Below, one piece after another: positions 9,670 to 20,993 of a DNA stretch of 64,000 bases (the stretch's first letter is position 1; the number at the start of each line of letters is the position of its first letter). The notes below the pieces were generated by a model. That model searched no databases, was not told where the DNA came from, and saw only the letters and a program-made list of their open reading frames with translations. Origin of the DNA: an uncultured Chloroflexia bacterium (GTDB taxonomy: Bacteria > Chloroflexota > Limnocylindria > Limnocylindrales > CSP1-4); NCBI GenBank assembly GCA_963725875.1, contig CAVRZZ010000003.1:731843-795842 (forward strand). The letters run 5' to 3'. The translations under genes and the position numbers were made by a program.

Positions 9670-10547
9670 CAGCGTCCCCCGCCGGGGGCACCGGCCGCGA
9701 CCGGGGCGAGGCGGGCGACCAGGCGACCGAGCGCCAGGCGCTCCTCCCCGGCGTCCGCGGCCGGGGGCAGGTCGCCGGCCAGCTCGAAGCCCAGGCGCCG
9801 GGCGAGGGACGGGGCGAACGCGTGGGCCGCCCGCGCCACGCTCTCCGTCGTCGGCGCGGCGTCGGCGTCGGCGCGCGGGAGGCCGGCCCGCGCACGCTCG
9901 CGGTCGAGGGAGGTCGAGCGGAGGCCCGGCATGCCGCACGGGTCGATGAGATCGAAGTCGGCCAGGTTCGTGGTGACGTTGAGGGCGATGCCGTGGAAGC
10001 TGACACCACGGGCGACCCGGATCCCGAGCGCCCCGACCTTCCGGGGCAGCGGCGTGTCGGCGCCGACCCAGCATCCCGGGTGGCCGGGGCGCGCTCCGGC
10101 GACGACGCCGGCGGAGGCGCAGGTGTCGGCCATGGCGCCCTCGAGGGCCTCGACGAAGGGCCGGACGCCGAGGGGCCGCGATCCCGGTGGCCAGGGCCGC
10201 CCGCCGGACGGCCCGGGCCCGGGGCCCGGCGCCGCGAGCGTAACGATGGGGTACGCAACCAGCTGGCCCGGACCGTGGTAGGTGACCTCGCCCCCGCGCT
10301 CCACGCGGACGACCTCGATCCCCCGGCCGGCGAGCAGCCCGGGCAGGGCCAGCACGTGCGCCTCGCTGGCGTTGCGGCCGAGGGTGAGGACGGCGTCGTG
10401 CTCGAGGAGCAGCAGCTGGTCCTCGTCCAGGGTCCCGTCGGCGCGCGCGGCGGCGAGGGCCTGCTGCCAGGCCCACGCGTCGCGGTATGCGACCCGGCCC
10501 AGCCAGCGGGCGCGCAGGCGCCGGGGCGGCGGGTGCTCCTCCATCGT
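9669..10547 (-). CDS. lipB: lipoyl(octanoyl) transferase
   Basis: LipB core motifs (GGEVTYHGPGQLVAYPI, GIRVARGVSFHGIALNV). Start taken at MEEHPPPRR…. Confidence 0.85.
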   Translation of the reverse strand, partial: TMEEHPPPRRLRARWLGRVAYRDAWAWQQALAAARADGTLDEDQLLLLEHDAVLTLGRNASEAHVLALPGLLAGRGIEVVRVERGGEVTYHGPGQLVAYPIVTLAAPGPGPGPSGGRPWPPGSRPLGVRPFVEALEGAMADTCASAGVVAGARPGHPGCWVGADTPLPRKVGALGIRVARGVSFHGIALNVTTNLADFDLIDPCGMPGLRSTSLDRERARAGLPRADADAAPTTESVARAAHAFAPSLARRLGFELAGDLPPAADAGEERLALGRLVARLAPVAAGAPGGGR

Positions 10548-10860
10548 CACGCGCTCCACCTGCGCACGATACCAGCGCCGGCTGCACGGGCGGCCCACCG
10601 GCGCGCCGCGCGGGCTGGCCGTGCTCGGTCGGGCCGCGCGCGGCCGGCGGCATGCGGCCGGCTGATCGAGGACGGGCCTCGCGCGCTTTCAGGATTGCTT
10701 CAGCCGAGCGTGGCTGAATCTGCAACAGCTCGGATCCCTCCCCGAGCCACCACCGCCGGACGACCGCCCTCCTCCCGGTCACCCGGCAGCGAAACCGGAC
10801 CCGCGCCGCCTTCTCCCTTTCTCGGGCGGCCCGGGTCCATTTCGCGTCCCGGGCACGCGG

Positions 10861-10887
10861 GTGGGGCGGGCCGGAGGCCCGCCCCAC
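10861..10887. terminator. perfect 12-bp-stem hairpin (GTGGGGCGGGCC-gga-GGCCCGCCCCAC) 3' of the phosphoesterase gene
   Basis: Lies 30 nt beyond the stop of the minus-strand gene 10915..14655. Confidence 0.35.
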
Positions 10888-10914
10888 CCGGAGCGGCGAT
10901 GCGCGAAACGCTGG

Positions 10915-13900
10915 CTACGGACCGACGATCCGGCGCTCCACCACCGGACCGACCGGCGAGTGGGCCGTGACGGATTCGATGGCGACCTGCAGCAGGTCGT
11001 CGCCGGGCTGGGCCACGTTCGTGCCCTGGGACAGCACCGTGTACCCGTCGCCACCGGTGAACATGAAGTCGTTGATGACCAGGCGGACGGTGTCGGCCGG
11101 GCCGATCGGGGTCGCCGGACCGGCGATCCCGCCCGGGGTCTTCCACATGCCGGTGACCACCGGGCTCGTCCCGTTGCAGGCGAACGTGACCTTGAGGCCG
11201 GAGATCTGCGGGAAGCGGCCCGTGGCGATCGCCGGGTTGCAGCTCGGCGAGAAGCCGTTCATGAACGCCTGCTCCAGCTGGGCCCCGGTGTAGGTCGCGA
11301 TCACCGTCCGGTTGCCGAACGGCAGGACCGAGAACATCTCGCCCCACGTGATCTCGCAGGGCTGCTCGCCCGCCGTGGGCGGCGAGCAGTTGACGTCGGC
11401 ACGCAGGCCGCCCGAGTTCGTGTACGCGGCGTCGGTGCCCGGGTACTTCTCGCGCATCGCGTCGGCGACGAGGTTGCCCATCGCCGACTCGAAGAGGCGG
11501 GTCGGGGCGCGCTTGATGTCGAACTGCTGGGTGCCGATGACCTTGTTGCGGAGGACCGCCGTCTTGGCGTTCGCGTCGTCGACGATCGCCTGCACGTCCG
11601 CCCGCTTCGCGACGCCGAGGTTCTTCGCCACCCGGGTGGCCCCGCCGGCCCAGGCGACGTCGCCGCCCTGGATCATCAGCTGGAGCACCGAGTAGCTGGC
11701 GCCGGCGTTGAGCCCCTCGGCGACGAGGATGTGGCCGCGCATCAGGTTGGAGACGCGGTGCGTGTGGCCGACGAGCATGACGTCGACCGTGGTGCCCTGC
11801 AGCTGGTCGGCGATGTCGAGAATCGGGCCTTCCCACGGGACGGCGGGCGTCGTCCCCACGGCGTTGCTGCCCAGCGCCGTCCCCTGGTGGATGACGACGA
11901 CCTGGACCCTCACCCCGAGGGCCCGCAGGCGCTGCGACTCGGCCTTGATCCGCGGCCCCTCGTCGAGGAACCTGAGGCCCGCCGTCGAGCCGGCCGACAC
12001 GAGCTCGGGCGTCTCCTCGAGCTCGGCGCCGATCACGCCGACCCGGACGCCGTTGACGGTGAAGACCTTCGAGGGCGTGACCCAGGAGGGCCGCTTGCCC
12101 GTGGTCGCGTCCACGATGTTGGTGGCGAGGAACGGGAAGCTGGCGCGCGCCTGCTGGGCGAGCAGGCGCGCGACGCCGTAGTCGAACTCGTGGTTGCCGT
12201 ACGCGGTGGCGTCGAGGCCCCAGGCATTCTCGACGTCGATGGCGGGCATGTCCTCGAGCAGGCCGGAGTTCGCGGGCGAGGCGCCCACGTTGTCGCCGGA
12301 GGCGAGCAGCAGGCCCGGGCCCGGCAGCCCCGCGAAGTCCTCGTCGAACATCGTCGCAAGCTGGGCGGAGCCACCCACCGGGACGTTGATCGCGTTGTCG
12401 CCGGCCGTCGTCGTCTGCTCGAGCTGGCCGTGGAAGTCTGTGAGGCCGATGATCGAGACCGGCTTGTAGCGCTCGCCGCCGGAGACGACGTCGAGCAGCA
12501 CCCGGCCCTGGCTGTGCTGGGGCTCGGGGATGCCGAGGAGGAAGGCGAGGGTCGGCGCGAGATCGATCGTGCGGGCCGTCACCCGGGACCGGGCAATGCC
12601 CTGCCCGCCGGCGAGGAAGGTGGCCCGCATGTTGACATTGGCGGCGAGGTCCTGCACGTCCGGCACGTAGCCGTGCTGGCCGAAGAAGTGCGACGGTGCG
12701 ACGAGCGTCCCCGGCGTCTCGGCATCGAACTGGTATGGCGGGTACGAGAAGACGACGAGGTCTCCGGTACGGGTCGGGTGGGCCATGTCGGCGGTGGAGC
12801 CGGGGCCATTGGGGATGTAGCGCGATTCCGCCTTGGTGAACGCGCGGTCGATGACCTTCCAGCCCTCGGGGTTGCCGTCGCGCGTCCAGTCGTTGGGATC
12901 GGCAAGGGCGAGGAAGGCGGCCTTGACCTGGGCGACGGTGGCGGCCTCCTCAGCCGCCGGGACCTGCTGGAACGCGGCGTTGACTGGGTCGCGTCCGGCG
13001 AGGTTCAGGTAGACCTGGACGGTGCCGCCGGCCCAGCACGCCTTCGCCTTGCCGATCGTCTCGCCCGTGGCCGGACGGCAGTTGGACGTCTGGGGCTTGC
13101 TCAGCAGCCCCAGGTCGACGAGGACCTTGCTGGCATCGACGGCCAGGAACTGGGGGGCGAACCCGTGGTCCGAGGCGACGAAGGTGGTCGGGTCGCGGCC
13201 CACGAGCGAGCGGGCGAGCGCCAGGGTCGCGTCGGCGCCCTGGTAGGCCGTGCGGAGGAAGCCCTCGCGGGCGGCGACCCGCCCGTCGGCAACGCCGTTC
13301 AGGTCGACGTCGTCGTAGGCCGGGTTGGCGGCGCCGTTCGGGAGCGTCTTCGACACGAGCCCGAGGAACTGGTGCTGGAACTCGTCGGTCGTCGGGTACC
13401 CGGCGAGGAGCAGGTCGGGCCGGTAGGTCCGGGCGACGTACGTGAGCATCGGCGTGTGACCGGTCGACCAGTAGAGGCCCTGCTGGACATAGGTCTCCTC
13501 GCTGGTGATGCCGGCCTCGAGGATCGCGAAGTCGGCGGCCGTCGAGGTGGGGAACGTCCGCGCCAGGTACTCGTCGAAGGCGCCGGTGAAGCCCGGCTCG
13601 CCGGGCCACGTGGGCCAGCTGGCGATCGCGCGGCTGACCGACGTGTGGAACAGGCGCACCCGCGAGAGATCGGGCGTGAGCTCCTCGACCTTCAGCAGCA
13701 TGCCGGCGGTCTTGCCGTCGAGCGCGCCGCCCGCCAGGGTGACCTTGACGTCGGCCCACTGGCCCTTCGCCAGCGTCCCGACGGCATCGCCCCCGCTCTT
13801 CGTCCGCGAGAAGAGCACCTTGTCGTAGTTGACGGTCGCGTCGTTCGTGCTGTCGAAGAGGTAGGCGTTGAGGCCGTACTTGTCGACGCCCGCGTCGAGC

Positions 13901-14655
13901 ACGCGGAGGCGCATCTCCCTGGGCGTCGAGTAGCTCGTCGGGACGTTGGACCACCCGACGGCGTCCACCGGCGCCGCGCCGGGGAACGGCGCCTGGCCGG
14001 CGTAGCCGGCCGGATGGTCGAACTGGAGCCCGAAGCTGCCGATGAAGGTGGCGTCATCGAAGAGGACGTCGCCGGGCCCGCCGATGAAGTTGGTGGCGAC
14101 CCCGCGGCCGGAGTGGAAGGTCTGGTAGTCGATCGTCGGACCGGCGATCGTCGCGTTGCGGCCCCCGGCCCACTCCACCTGGGCGACCTTGAGCCCGTCG
14201 CGCTCGGCGGCCTGGGCGATCGACTCGGCCTGCAGGACACCCGGGTCGAAGGCGGCTGTACGGCCGGTGAACGCGTCGCCGTTCCTGTGGAACGTGTTGT
14301 TCGTCGAGCCGGTCACGCCGGCCCACGCGCCGGTCGCCAGGCTGTACCAGCCGGCCCCGGTGTTGGGGGGCGCCTGCGTGAGGAGACCGCCGCCCGCGGC
14401 CTGGGTCCCGTTCCGCAGGAAGCGGGCCATCGTGGGCATCTGCCCCTTCGCGGCGTACGTCGCAACGAGGTCCTGGCGGAGGCCGTCTGCGACGAAGAAG
14501 ACCGCCCGGTCGGTGTCACGGCGGCCGTCGGTGTCACGGCCGGCGATCGAGACAGCTCCGGCCCCGGCGGCCGAGCCGGGGAGGAGGCCGGCCAGCAGGG
14601 CAAGCAGGCCGAGCACGAGGGGCATGCGGGATGCGCGGGAATGGCGGGACGCCAC
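10915..14655 (-). CDS. secreted multi-domain phosphoesterase: type I phosphodiesterase/nucleotide pyrophosphatase (AP superfamily) fused to a calcineurin-like metallophosphatase and a 5'-nucleotidase C-terminal domain
   Basis: Signal peptide ([32 protein letters not shown]). NPP-family motifs ([39 protein letters not shown]). Metallophosphatase motifs ([19 protein letters not shown]). 5'-NT C-domain (…NSGGLRADV…). Confidence 0.8.
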   Translation of the reverse strand: MASRHSRASRMPLVLGLLALLAGLLPGSAAGAGAVSIAGRDTDGRRDTDRAVFFVADGLRQDLVATYAAKGQMPTMARFLRNGTQAAGGGLLTQAPPNTGAGWYSLATGAWAGVTGSTNNTFHRNGDAFTGRTAAFDPGVLQAESIAQAAERDGLKVAQVEWAGGRNATIAGPTIDYQTFHSGRGVATNFIGGPGDVLFDDATFIGSFGLQFDHPAGYAGQAPFPGAAPVDAVGWSNVPTSYSTPREMRLRVLDAGVDKYGLNAYLFDSTNDATVNYDKVLFSRTKSGGDAVGTLAKGQWADVKVTLAGGALDGKTAGMLLKVEELTPDLSRVRLFHTSVSRAIASWPTWPGEPGFTGAFDEYLARTFPTSTAADFAILEAGITSEETYVQQGLYWSTGHTPMLTYVARTYRPDLLLAGYPTTDEFQHQFLGLVSKTLPNGAANPAYDDVDLNGVADGRVAAREGFLRTAYQGADATLALARSLVGRDPTTFVASDHGFAPQFLAVDASKVLVDLGLLSKPQTSNCRPATGETIGKAKACWAGGTVQVYLNLAGRDPVNAAFQQVPAAEEAATVAQVKAAFLALADPNDWTRDGNPEGWKVIDRAFTKAESRYIPNGPGSTADMAHPTRTGDLVVFSYPPYQFDAETPGTLVAPSHFFGQHGYVPDVQDLAANVNMRATFLAGGQGIARSRVTARTIDLAPTLAFLLGIPEPQHSQGRVLLDVVSGGERYKPVSIIGLTDFHGQLEQTTTAGDNAINVPVGGSAQLATMFDEDFAGLPGPGLLLASGDNVGASPANSGLLEDMPAIDVENAWGLDATAYGNHEFDYGVARLLAQQARASFPFLATNIVDATTGKRPSWVTPSKVFTVNGVRVGVIGAELEETPELVSAGSTAGLRFLDEGPRIKAESQRLRALGVRVQVVVIHQGTALGSNAVGTTPAVPWEGPILDIADQLQGTTVDVMLVGHTHRVSNLMRGHILVAEGLNAGASYSVLQLMIQGGDVAWAGGATRVAKNLGVAKRADVQAIVDDANAKTAVLRNKVIGTQQFDIKRAPTRLFESAMGNLVADAMREKYPGTDAAYTNSGGLRADVNCSPPTAGEQPCEITWGEMFSVLPFGNRTVIATYTGAQLEQAFMNGFSPSCNPAIATGRFPQISGLKVTFACNGTSPVVTGMWKTPGGIAGPATPIGPADTVRLVINDFMFTGGDGYTVLSQGTNVAQPGDDLLQVAIESVTAHSPVGPVVERRIVGP

Positions 14656-14783
14656 GACGGAACCTCCTCCGGACCACTGGGCACTGCGGTTGCGGGGCGG
14701 TGAGACCGGCGCTCCGGCTGAGCGACCGGTGCTACCCGTGAGGTGGAACAGGCTAGCGCACCATCCGCGATGGTCAAGCCCTA

Positions 14784-14801
14784 AATGCGCATGTGCGCAT
14801 T
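14784..14801. promoter_or_regulatory. 18-bp perfect palindrome AATGCGCA-tg-TGCGCATT in the phosphoesterase promoter region
   Basis: Local AT-rich palindrome about 130 nt upstream of the phosphoesterase start (14655) and just downstream of the neighbouring gene's stop. Confidence 0.35.
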
Positions 14802-14841
14802 CCCGGGCCCGACGTCGGTCACCTGCGGCTCGGTGGCGCGG

Positions 14842-16317
14842 TCAGGGGACGGGGGGCGTGCCGCCTGCAGCCCGGTGGAGCGCGCGTCCCGCGAGGATTC
14901 GCACCGATCCCCGGAAGATCAGCCCGTGGACCGGGTAGAGGACGTACCAGTAGGCCAGGCCCGGGAGCCCCTTCGGCTCGAAGAAGGCGGTCTGGACCAG
15001 CCGGCTGCGCGCGCCGTCCGCGAGCGGCGTCACCTCGTACTGGAGCCAGGCCCGGCCGGGAACCTTCATCTCGGCCCGCAGGCGGAGGAGGTTCGGCCGG
15101 CGGACCTCCTCGACCCGCCAGAAGTCGAGCGCGTCGCCCACCCGCACGTGGTCCGGGTCCCGGCGCCCCAGGCGCATCCCGACGCCGCCGACGGCCCGGT
15201 CCATCAGGCCACGGATCCGCCACAGGAGGTTTGCGTAGGGCCAGCCGGCGTCGCCGCCCAGGCGCTCCACCTCGGCGAAGACCCGCTCCGGGGACGCGGC
15301 CACCACCCGCTGGCGACGCTCCACGATCATCCCCTCGCGGCTCGTCACGGACGAGAGGCTCGCCTTGTCGGGGGCGGCGAGGGCGTCGAACCAGGTCGAC
15401 TCCACGTCGTGCCGGTCGGTCCGGTCGATCGCCCGCTGCAGCGCCTCCGCGTAGGGCAGCGGGGCCACGTCGAAGGCCGCGGCTGGGCCCGGGTGGTGAA
15501 CGATCACCTCGTTTCTGAGGCCCTCGATCAGCGGCCGGGCGATCCCCGACGGGACCGGCGAGACCAGGCTCACCCAGTACGAGCTGAGCCGCGGCGTGAG
15601 GACCGGGACCGGGATCATGAGGCGGCGCAGGCCGCGCAGGCGGGCGTAGGTGCGCATCATGTCGCCGTAGGAGAGGACGTCCGGGCCGCCGACCTCGACG
15701 GTCCCCGTCACGTCCGGGTGGTCGAGCGCGCCGGCCAGGTAGTCGAGGATGTCGCGGATGCCGATCGGCTGGCAGCGGGTGCCGACCCAGCGCGGCGTGA
15801 TCATGACCGGCAGGCGCTCGGTCAGGTGGCGCAGGATCTCGAACGACGCGCTGCCCGAGCCGATGATCACCGCCGCCCGGAACTCGGTCACGGCGACGCC
15901 GTGGGCCGCCAGCTCGGCGCCGGTCTCGTGGCGGCTCGCCAGGTGGTGGGACAGGTCGGCCGCGTCGTCGCCCAGACCGCCCAGGTAGACGATCCGCGCG
16001 ACGCCGGCACGCTTCGCCGCTTGCGCGAAGTTGCGCGCGGCCCGGCGATCCCGCTCGGCGAACCCGTGCTCGCCGCCCCCCATCGAGTGGGCCAGGTAGT
16101 AGGCGACGTCCACGCCCTCGAGGACCTGCGGCAGGGTCGCCGGGTCGAGCAGGTCGGCGGCGACGACCTCCGCGTCCGGGAACCGCGCGGCGAGCGGTCG
16201 CGTGTCGCGGCTCGTGAGGACGAGGTGCTCCCCGCGGGCCCGCAGGAGCGCGGCGAGACGCCCACCGATGTACCCGCTGGCGCCGACGATGAGGATCCTC
16301 ACAACCCAGTTTCGCAC
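14842..16317 (-). CDS. NAD(P)-binding NmrA/atypical-SDR domain fused to a DUF2867/SRPBCC-like C-terminal domain
   Basis: Rossmann motif [17 protein letters not shown] at the N-terminus. The C-terminal ~150 aa has lipid-binding SRPBCC-like composition. Confidence 0.7.
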   Translation of the reverse strand: MRNWVVRILIVGASGYIGGRLAALLRARGEHLVLTSRDTRPLAARFPDAEVVAADLLDPATLPQVLEGVDVAYYLAHSMGGGEHGFAERDRRAARNFAQAAKRAGVARIVYLGGLGDDAADLSHHLASRHETGAELAAHGVAVTEFRAAVIIGSGSASFEILRHLTERLPVMITPRWVGTRCQPIGIRDILDYLAGALDHPDVTGTVEVGGPDVLSYGDMMRTYARLRGLRRLMIPVPVLTPRLSSYWVSLVSPVPSGIARPLIEGLRNEVIVHHPGPAAAFDVAPLPYAEALQRAIDRTDRHDVESTWFDALAAPDKASLSSVTSREGMIVERRQRVVAASPERVFAEVERLGGDAGWPYANLLWRIRGLMDRAVGGVGMRLGRRDPDHVRVGDALDFWRVEEVRRPNLLRLRAEMKVPGRAWLQYEVTPLADGARSRLVQTAFFEPKGLPGLAYWYVLYPVHGLIFRGSVRILAGRALHRAAGGTPPVP

Positions 16318-16455
16318 GCGGTCGGGGGGCGGATGTCGTCCGGCCGCAGATGCTGCTGAGGTCGCGCGCGATCCCGCGGGGCGCCTGCAGCGAAGAAGGG
16401 GCGACGGCCCTCAGGGCCGCCGACCGACATCCGCCATCGCGACTCGAGGCTCCGC

Positions 16456-17115
16456 ATGCTCCCCCGCCTTCCGTCTGGCACGGCTCCCGGCCCAACGCCC
16501 GCCTGGCGCATCCGCTTCGACCGGCTCGACCGGCGCATCACGATCGCCCTGGCGACGGCCGCGATCCCGCTGCTGCGGATCGCCCTCGGCGTCGTCTTCC
16601 TGTGGTTCGGCGCCCTCAAGCTCTTCCCGGGCCTCAGCCCGGCGCAGGACCTGGCGGCGCGGACGATCGAGCAGCTCACCCTCGGGATCGTCCCGCCGGT
16701 GGTCGCCCTGCCCGTGCTGGCCGCGTGGGAGGTCGTGATCGGCATCGGGCTCCTCTCCGGGCGCTTCCTGCGAGGGACGCTGCTGCTGCTCGCCGTCCAG
16801 ATGCTGGGCACGCTGACTCCGCTCCTCCTGTTCCCGGCCGAGACGTTCACGGTCTTCCCGATTGCGCCGACGCTCGAGGGGCAGTACATCCTCAAGAACC
16901 TCGTGCTCGTGGCGGCCGCCACGGTCGTCGGCGCGACGGTCCGCGGCGGCCAGCTGCAGGCCGAGCCGGCGGGCGTCGGAGGGCCGCCGGCAGCCCCCGG
17001 CCCGGCGATCGACCCCGGGCCGCGGACCGTCCCCGGGCCGTCTGCCTTCCCCGCCCCGACGCCCTCGTCCATCCCGACCGCCTCCTCCGCCGAACCCACC
17101 GAGGTGCCCTCGTGA
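16456..17115 (+). CDS. DoxX-family integral membrane protein with a Pro-rich C-terminal tail
   Basis: Four predicted TM helices ([19 protein letters not shown]…, [13 protein letters not shown]…). Transcribed divergently from the NmrA gene. Confidence 0.6.
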   Translation: MLPRLPSGTAPGPTPAWRIRFDRLDRRITIALATAAIPLLRIALGVVFLWFGALKLFPGLSPAQDLAARTIEQLTLGIVPPVVALPVLAAWEVVIGIGLLSGRFLRGTLLLLAVQMLGTLTPLLLFPAETFTVFPIAPTLEGQYILKNLVLVAAATVVGATVRGGQLQAEPAGVGGPPAAPGPAIDPGPRTVPGPSAFPAPTPSSIPTASSAEPTEVPS

Positions 17116-17333
17116 CCGACGCGCTCCACGCCCCGGTCCCGGTCGCCGTCATCACCGGCGCGACCGGCGCAATCGGCTCGGTCGCGATGCACCGGCTTGG
17201 CCGCGTCGGTGAGCCGGACGACGTCGCCGGGCTGGCGGCCTTCCTGCTCTCCCCGGACGCCGCCTGGATCACCGGCCAGGTGGTCGCGGTGGACGGCGGG
17301 CTCTCCGGGGTGAAGCTGCCGCCGAAGCTGTAG
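17112..17333 (+). pseudogene. short-chain dehydrogenase/reductase remnant: N-terminal TGxxxGIG motif fused in-frame to the last ~45 aa of an SDR
   Basis: [12 protein letters not shown] is followed directly by [34 protein letters not shown] (the classic SDR C-terminus). Only 73 aa in total, and the catalytic YxxxK region is absent. GTG overlaps the DoxX stop (GTGA). Confidence 0.5.
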
Positions 17334-17469
17334 GCGGCGGGACCGCGCGCCCCGTGACTCGGCGAGCACCGCGCGCCGGGCACGGGCTGGCCCGGCGTCC
17401 GCGCGCAGCTCGTCGCCGAGCGCGGCAGCCGTCCCCGGCAGGGAGCCCGCAAGGACGCCGAGGACGGCG

Positions 17470-18672
17470 TCACGGATGTCGGCCGTCCGTCGCCCGGTTC
17501 GGGTCGAGCGCCCGGCCCAGGCCGGTCCGCTCCAGGTCCGCGGCCACGGCGAACTGGTCGGTCGAGAACGGGAGGACGACGAGCGGCACGCCGGCCGCGA
17601 GCGCCTCGGTGACGCCGTTGTTGCCCGCGTGGGTGATCGCGAGCGCGGCACGCTGCACCAGCGCGACCTGGGGCAGGAACGGCCGGACCAGCCACTCCCC
17701 GGGGAGGGGGCCGAGCGACGCCGGATCGGCCGAGCCCGTGGCGAGGGCGACACGCAGGCGGACGCCGCGCGACTCCGCGCCCCGAAGTGCCGCCGCCACC
17801 CGCGCCAGCACGTCGTCGCGGGCCGAGAGGAAGCTGCCGAACGAGACGACGACGAACGGGCGGTCGCCGCCGCCCGCCACCCACGCCGCCGCCTCCGCAT
17901 CCAGCGTCTCGTCGCGCACCGACGAGCCGAGGAAGGCGTGGGCGGCCGGCAGGCGGGAGGCCCGTTCCGGGTCGTGGAGCGCCTCCGGGTAGCTGTACAG
18001 GACGACGTCGCCGTGGACGCGGAACGCGTCGGCGACCGGCGCCGCCCCTGGATCGAGCACGCGCAGCGTCGTGTTCCAGTCCTCCGTGAAGCGCCGGGCC
18101 ACCTCGCCGCCGAGCCGGCGCAGGTCGGCCAGCCCGGCCGGGTCGGGGTCGAACGTGGCCGGCCAGGCCGCCGGGACCCCGTAGACCTCGTCGCCGACCG
18201 GAAGCGCCGTCGGATGCCCCAGGACGACGTCCGCAAACGGGATCCCAGCGGCCCGCAGGCCCAGCACCGCCCCGAAGGCGAGGTGGTCGACCAGGATCGC
18301 GTCGGGACCGACGGTGCGCACGGCGTCGATCGTCGCCCGGGCCGCCTCGAGCGGTTGCCAGAGCAGGTCGTTGCGGCGCAGCTCCGCCTGCAGCCGGAGC
18401 GTCGGGATCATCCCCGCCCGGGTCGCGGCGAAGAACGCCCGTAGGTTCTCGTTCTCGCCGGACGGCTGGTCGTCCGGCCGCGCGGTCCCGGCATTCGAGC
18501 CGCGCCCGAGCACGAGCGGGACCCGCTCGAAGCCGGCCCGCTCGACGTGCGGCGCAACGGCCGGCCCGGTCGCCACCACGACCCGCTCGCCGTTCGCCGC
18601 CCATGCCCCGGCGAGCGCCAGCAGCGGGAACAAGTGCGAGGCGTAGTCCGGGCTGACGACGAGGAGGGTCAC
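17470..18672 (-). CDS. GT1-family UDP-glycosyltransferase (MGT/OleD-like); 3' end shifted out of frame by a 4-nt tandem duplication
   Basis: HAGNNGVTEALAAGVPLVVLPFSTDQ signature. The conserved C-terminus (…ADIRDAVLGVLAGSLPGTAAALGDELRADAGPARARRAVLAE) continues in the -1 frame beyond 17470, after the sequence acggacgg. Confidence 0.6.
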   Translation of the reverse strand: MTLLVVSPDYASHLFPLLALAGAWAANGERVVVATGPAVAPHVERAGFERVPLVLGRGSNAGTARPDDQPSGENENLRAFFAATRAGMIPTLRLQAELRRNDLLWQPLEAARATIDAVRTVGPDAILVDHLAFGAVLGLRAAGIPFADVVLGHPTALPVGDEVYGVPAAWPATFDPDPAGLADLRRLGGEVARRFTEDWNTTLRVLDPGAAPVADAFRVHGDVVLYSYPEALHDPERASRLPAAHAFLGSSVRDETLDAEAAAWVAGGGDRPFVVVSFGSFLSARDDVLARVAAALRGAESRGVRLRVALATGSADPASLGPLPGEWLVRPFLPQVALVQRAALAITHAGNNGVTEALAAGVPLVVLPFSTDQFAVAADLERTGLGRALDPNRATDGRHP

Positions 18673-20796
18673 GCGGGAATCGCGACGGACGACCGGCTCG
18701 CCGCCGCGTAGACCGGGACGAGCGTCTCCGCCATCGCCCGGATCGTGAAACGCTCCTCGACGAGGGCGCGCGCTCGCTCCGCCCGGCCCGGCTCCCCGGC
18801 GAGGTCCAGGGCGTCGGCGATCGCGGAGGCCAGGGCGCGCTGGTCGATGGTGTCCACCAGCCGCCCGGTCATCCCGTCCTCCACGTAGGACGATGGGCCT
18901 CCAGCCCGCGGAGCGACCACCGGGAGCCCGGCCGCGAGCGCCTCGACGATCGCGAGCCCGAACTCCTCCTTGCGACTGGCACAGGCGTACGCGCCGCCCG
19001 GCGCGATCGTGGACCCGAGCCCCGCCTCGGCGACCGCCAGGACCCGCAGGACGTCGTCGTGGGGCCGGTGGCCCAGCAGCACGAGCGCCTGCGCCGTCTC
19101 CGGGTGGCGCGCGAGGACCGCCTCGATGCGGTCCATCTCGGCCCGCTCCTCGGGCGTCGGGATCGGCGAGATCACCGCCGACGATCACGAGGTTGGCCCG
19201 CCGGCGCAGGCCGGGGTCAACCGCGAACGCCTCGACGAGGCGCGCCATCCCCTTCACGTCCGCCAGCCGGCCCACGCTGACCACGAGCGGAAGGCCGCGC
19301 CGGCCGGCCCCGAGCGCCTCGACGGCGGCGCGAAGGACGTCAACCACCGCCGGCGGGACGGTGGCGGTGCGCGCGATCTCCCGACGGGCTTCGCGCACCG
19401 GCTGCGGATCGATTCCTTCCGGGACGACGTGATAGCGAGTGGGATCCGCCGAGACGTCGATCCGCAGGAGGCCGCGGATCCGTACGGCCAGGTTGGACCT
19501 CGGGAACAGGGCGACCTGACGGGCGGAATCCGCGAGGTGGCCCACGAGGCGTGCGCGGAACCACAGCGCGCCGGCCGCGTCGGCCGGGCCGAACGAGGCG
19601 CGGTCGAGCTCGCCGGAGCGCTCCATCTCGGCGATGACGGCGTGCGGGTCGGGGGCCAGCGTGAAGACCGTGGGCACGCCCCGGCGGCGCGCGATCCGGG
19701 ACGCGGCCAGGCTGCCGACGTCGGCCATCCGGAGGTGAAGCAGCGTCGGCGGCCGGCGGGCGAGGATACGCCGGATCGCGCGCTCGGCGGCGACCAGGGC
19801 GGGCCAGCCGCCGGCGAACGCTGCATCTTCGTGGACGCCGAGCGGCGCGGCGAGCACGGCATGCGAGTCCACGGCGAGGCCGAGCGAGGCGACAGCGTCG
19901 CGGGCTGAGCCGCGCCCGATCGTGGTGACCGTCTCGACCCGCCCGTCGGCGGCAAGCGCATCGCCCAGCTGGACGAGGAGCGTGGCGATGCCGCCGGTGC
20001 TGCCCCGGCCCCCATGCCCCAGCGCCCGGTCCAGGTGACCACCGAGGTGAACCTGGGCGAGGTGCAGGCCCGCGCCGGGCCTCGCCGCCGGCTCCTCCGC
20101 GACGCGATGATCGAGGATCGCGAGGCGGGCGATGGCGGCGAGCGGACCGTCGGTGACCGCGAGCGCCTCCAGGGCTCGGTCACCCGCTCCGGGTCGATCC
20201 CCGAGGGCGGCGATGGCGGCCGCGCGCGCCTCGAGCCACTCCTCCGCATCGAGCGCGACGCGGAGGAGCAGCCGTTCCGCGGCTTCGGACGCCCTCGCGG
20301 GCGTGACGAGGCCGAGCGTCTCCACGAGACGCCCCCGGGCTCCCGCGGAGTCGGCCCGCGAGAGCCGCCGCTCGAGGGCCGTGGCGACGGCGTGGGGCTC
20401 GACCGCGGCCCACCGGGCCAGCGTCAGCTGGGCCAGCATGCCGGCCAGCCTGCCGTCCTCCAGCAGCCCGATCAGCGGGTCGACGAGCTGCGCCGCGGGC
20501 GAGCGATCCGCCAGCGACCACGCGGCATGGGGTGCGAGCCAGCCCCTGCCCGCCACGATGCCGGCGAGGGCGTCGTCGATGGCGGCACCCGGCAGGCGGG
20601 CCAGGGCGTGGACCGCGGCGATCGCGGTCGGCGCGTCGGTCTCGTCGCCGGCCGCCTCGAGGAGCTCGTCGCCGCACGGTGGCGGCCCGCCCTTCCCGGC
20701 GGAAGCCGCGGCCGCCTCGGCGGCGAGCAGGCCGGCAAGCGGGATGACGTCGAGCACCGACGACGCCCGGCGGATGCGGTCGAGGGTGGCTTCCAT
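18669..20796 (-). pseudogene. GT4-family glycosyltransferase with an Ala-rich (HEAT-like) N-terminal extension, split by a frameshift near 19170-19185
   Basis: N-part (…TGGIATLLVQLGDALAADGRVETVTTIG…, RRGLPLVVSVGRLADVKG, LVIVGGDLADPD) is in the frame of ORF 17470..20796. C-part (…EEFGLAIVEALAAGLPVVAPRAGGPSSYV…) is in the frame of ORF 18669..19175. The two frames overlap at GGTGATCTCGCCGATCCCGAC. Confidence 0.6.
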
Positions 20797-20993
20797 GCTC
20801 CCGGTTCGGGCGGCGCCCCCTCGCGGTTTGGCCCTCCGGTCGCGATCGCTTCGGCCGGTCGGCCGTCCCGGGGGACGCGAGGACGCGGCGCCGTGTGGCG
20901 CGGTGGGGCGCGGGCCCGCCGGCGGGCGACGGCGCGGCGTGGTGCGTGGTGGCGATGAGCGGCGCGGCGTCGTGAGGAGCGCCGCCCAGACCG

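Noticed and set aside
10861-14703. 1,280-aa ORF on the plus strand (and other very long ORFs: 612..2360 -, 3238..5199 -, 8380..10281 +, 14785..16359 +, 16299..18236 -, 40719..42533 -, 60691..63036 -)
   Set aside because: They are antisense or out of frame to genes with clear motif support. They are dominated by Arg, Pro, Gly and Ala with almost no K, N, I, F or Y. These are typical GC-rich artefact frames.
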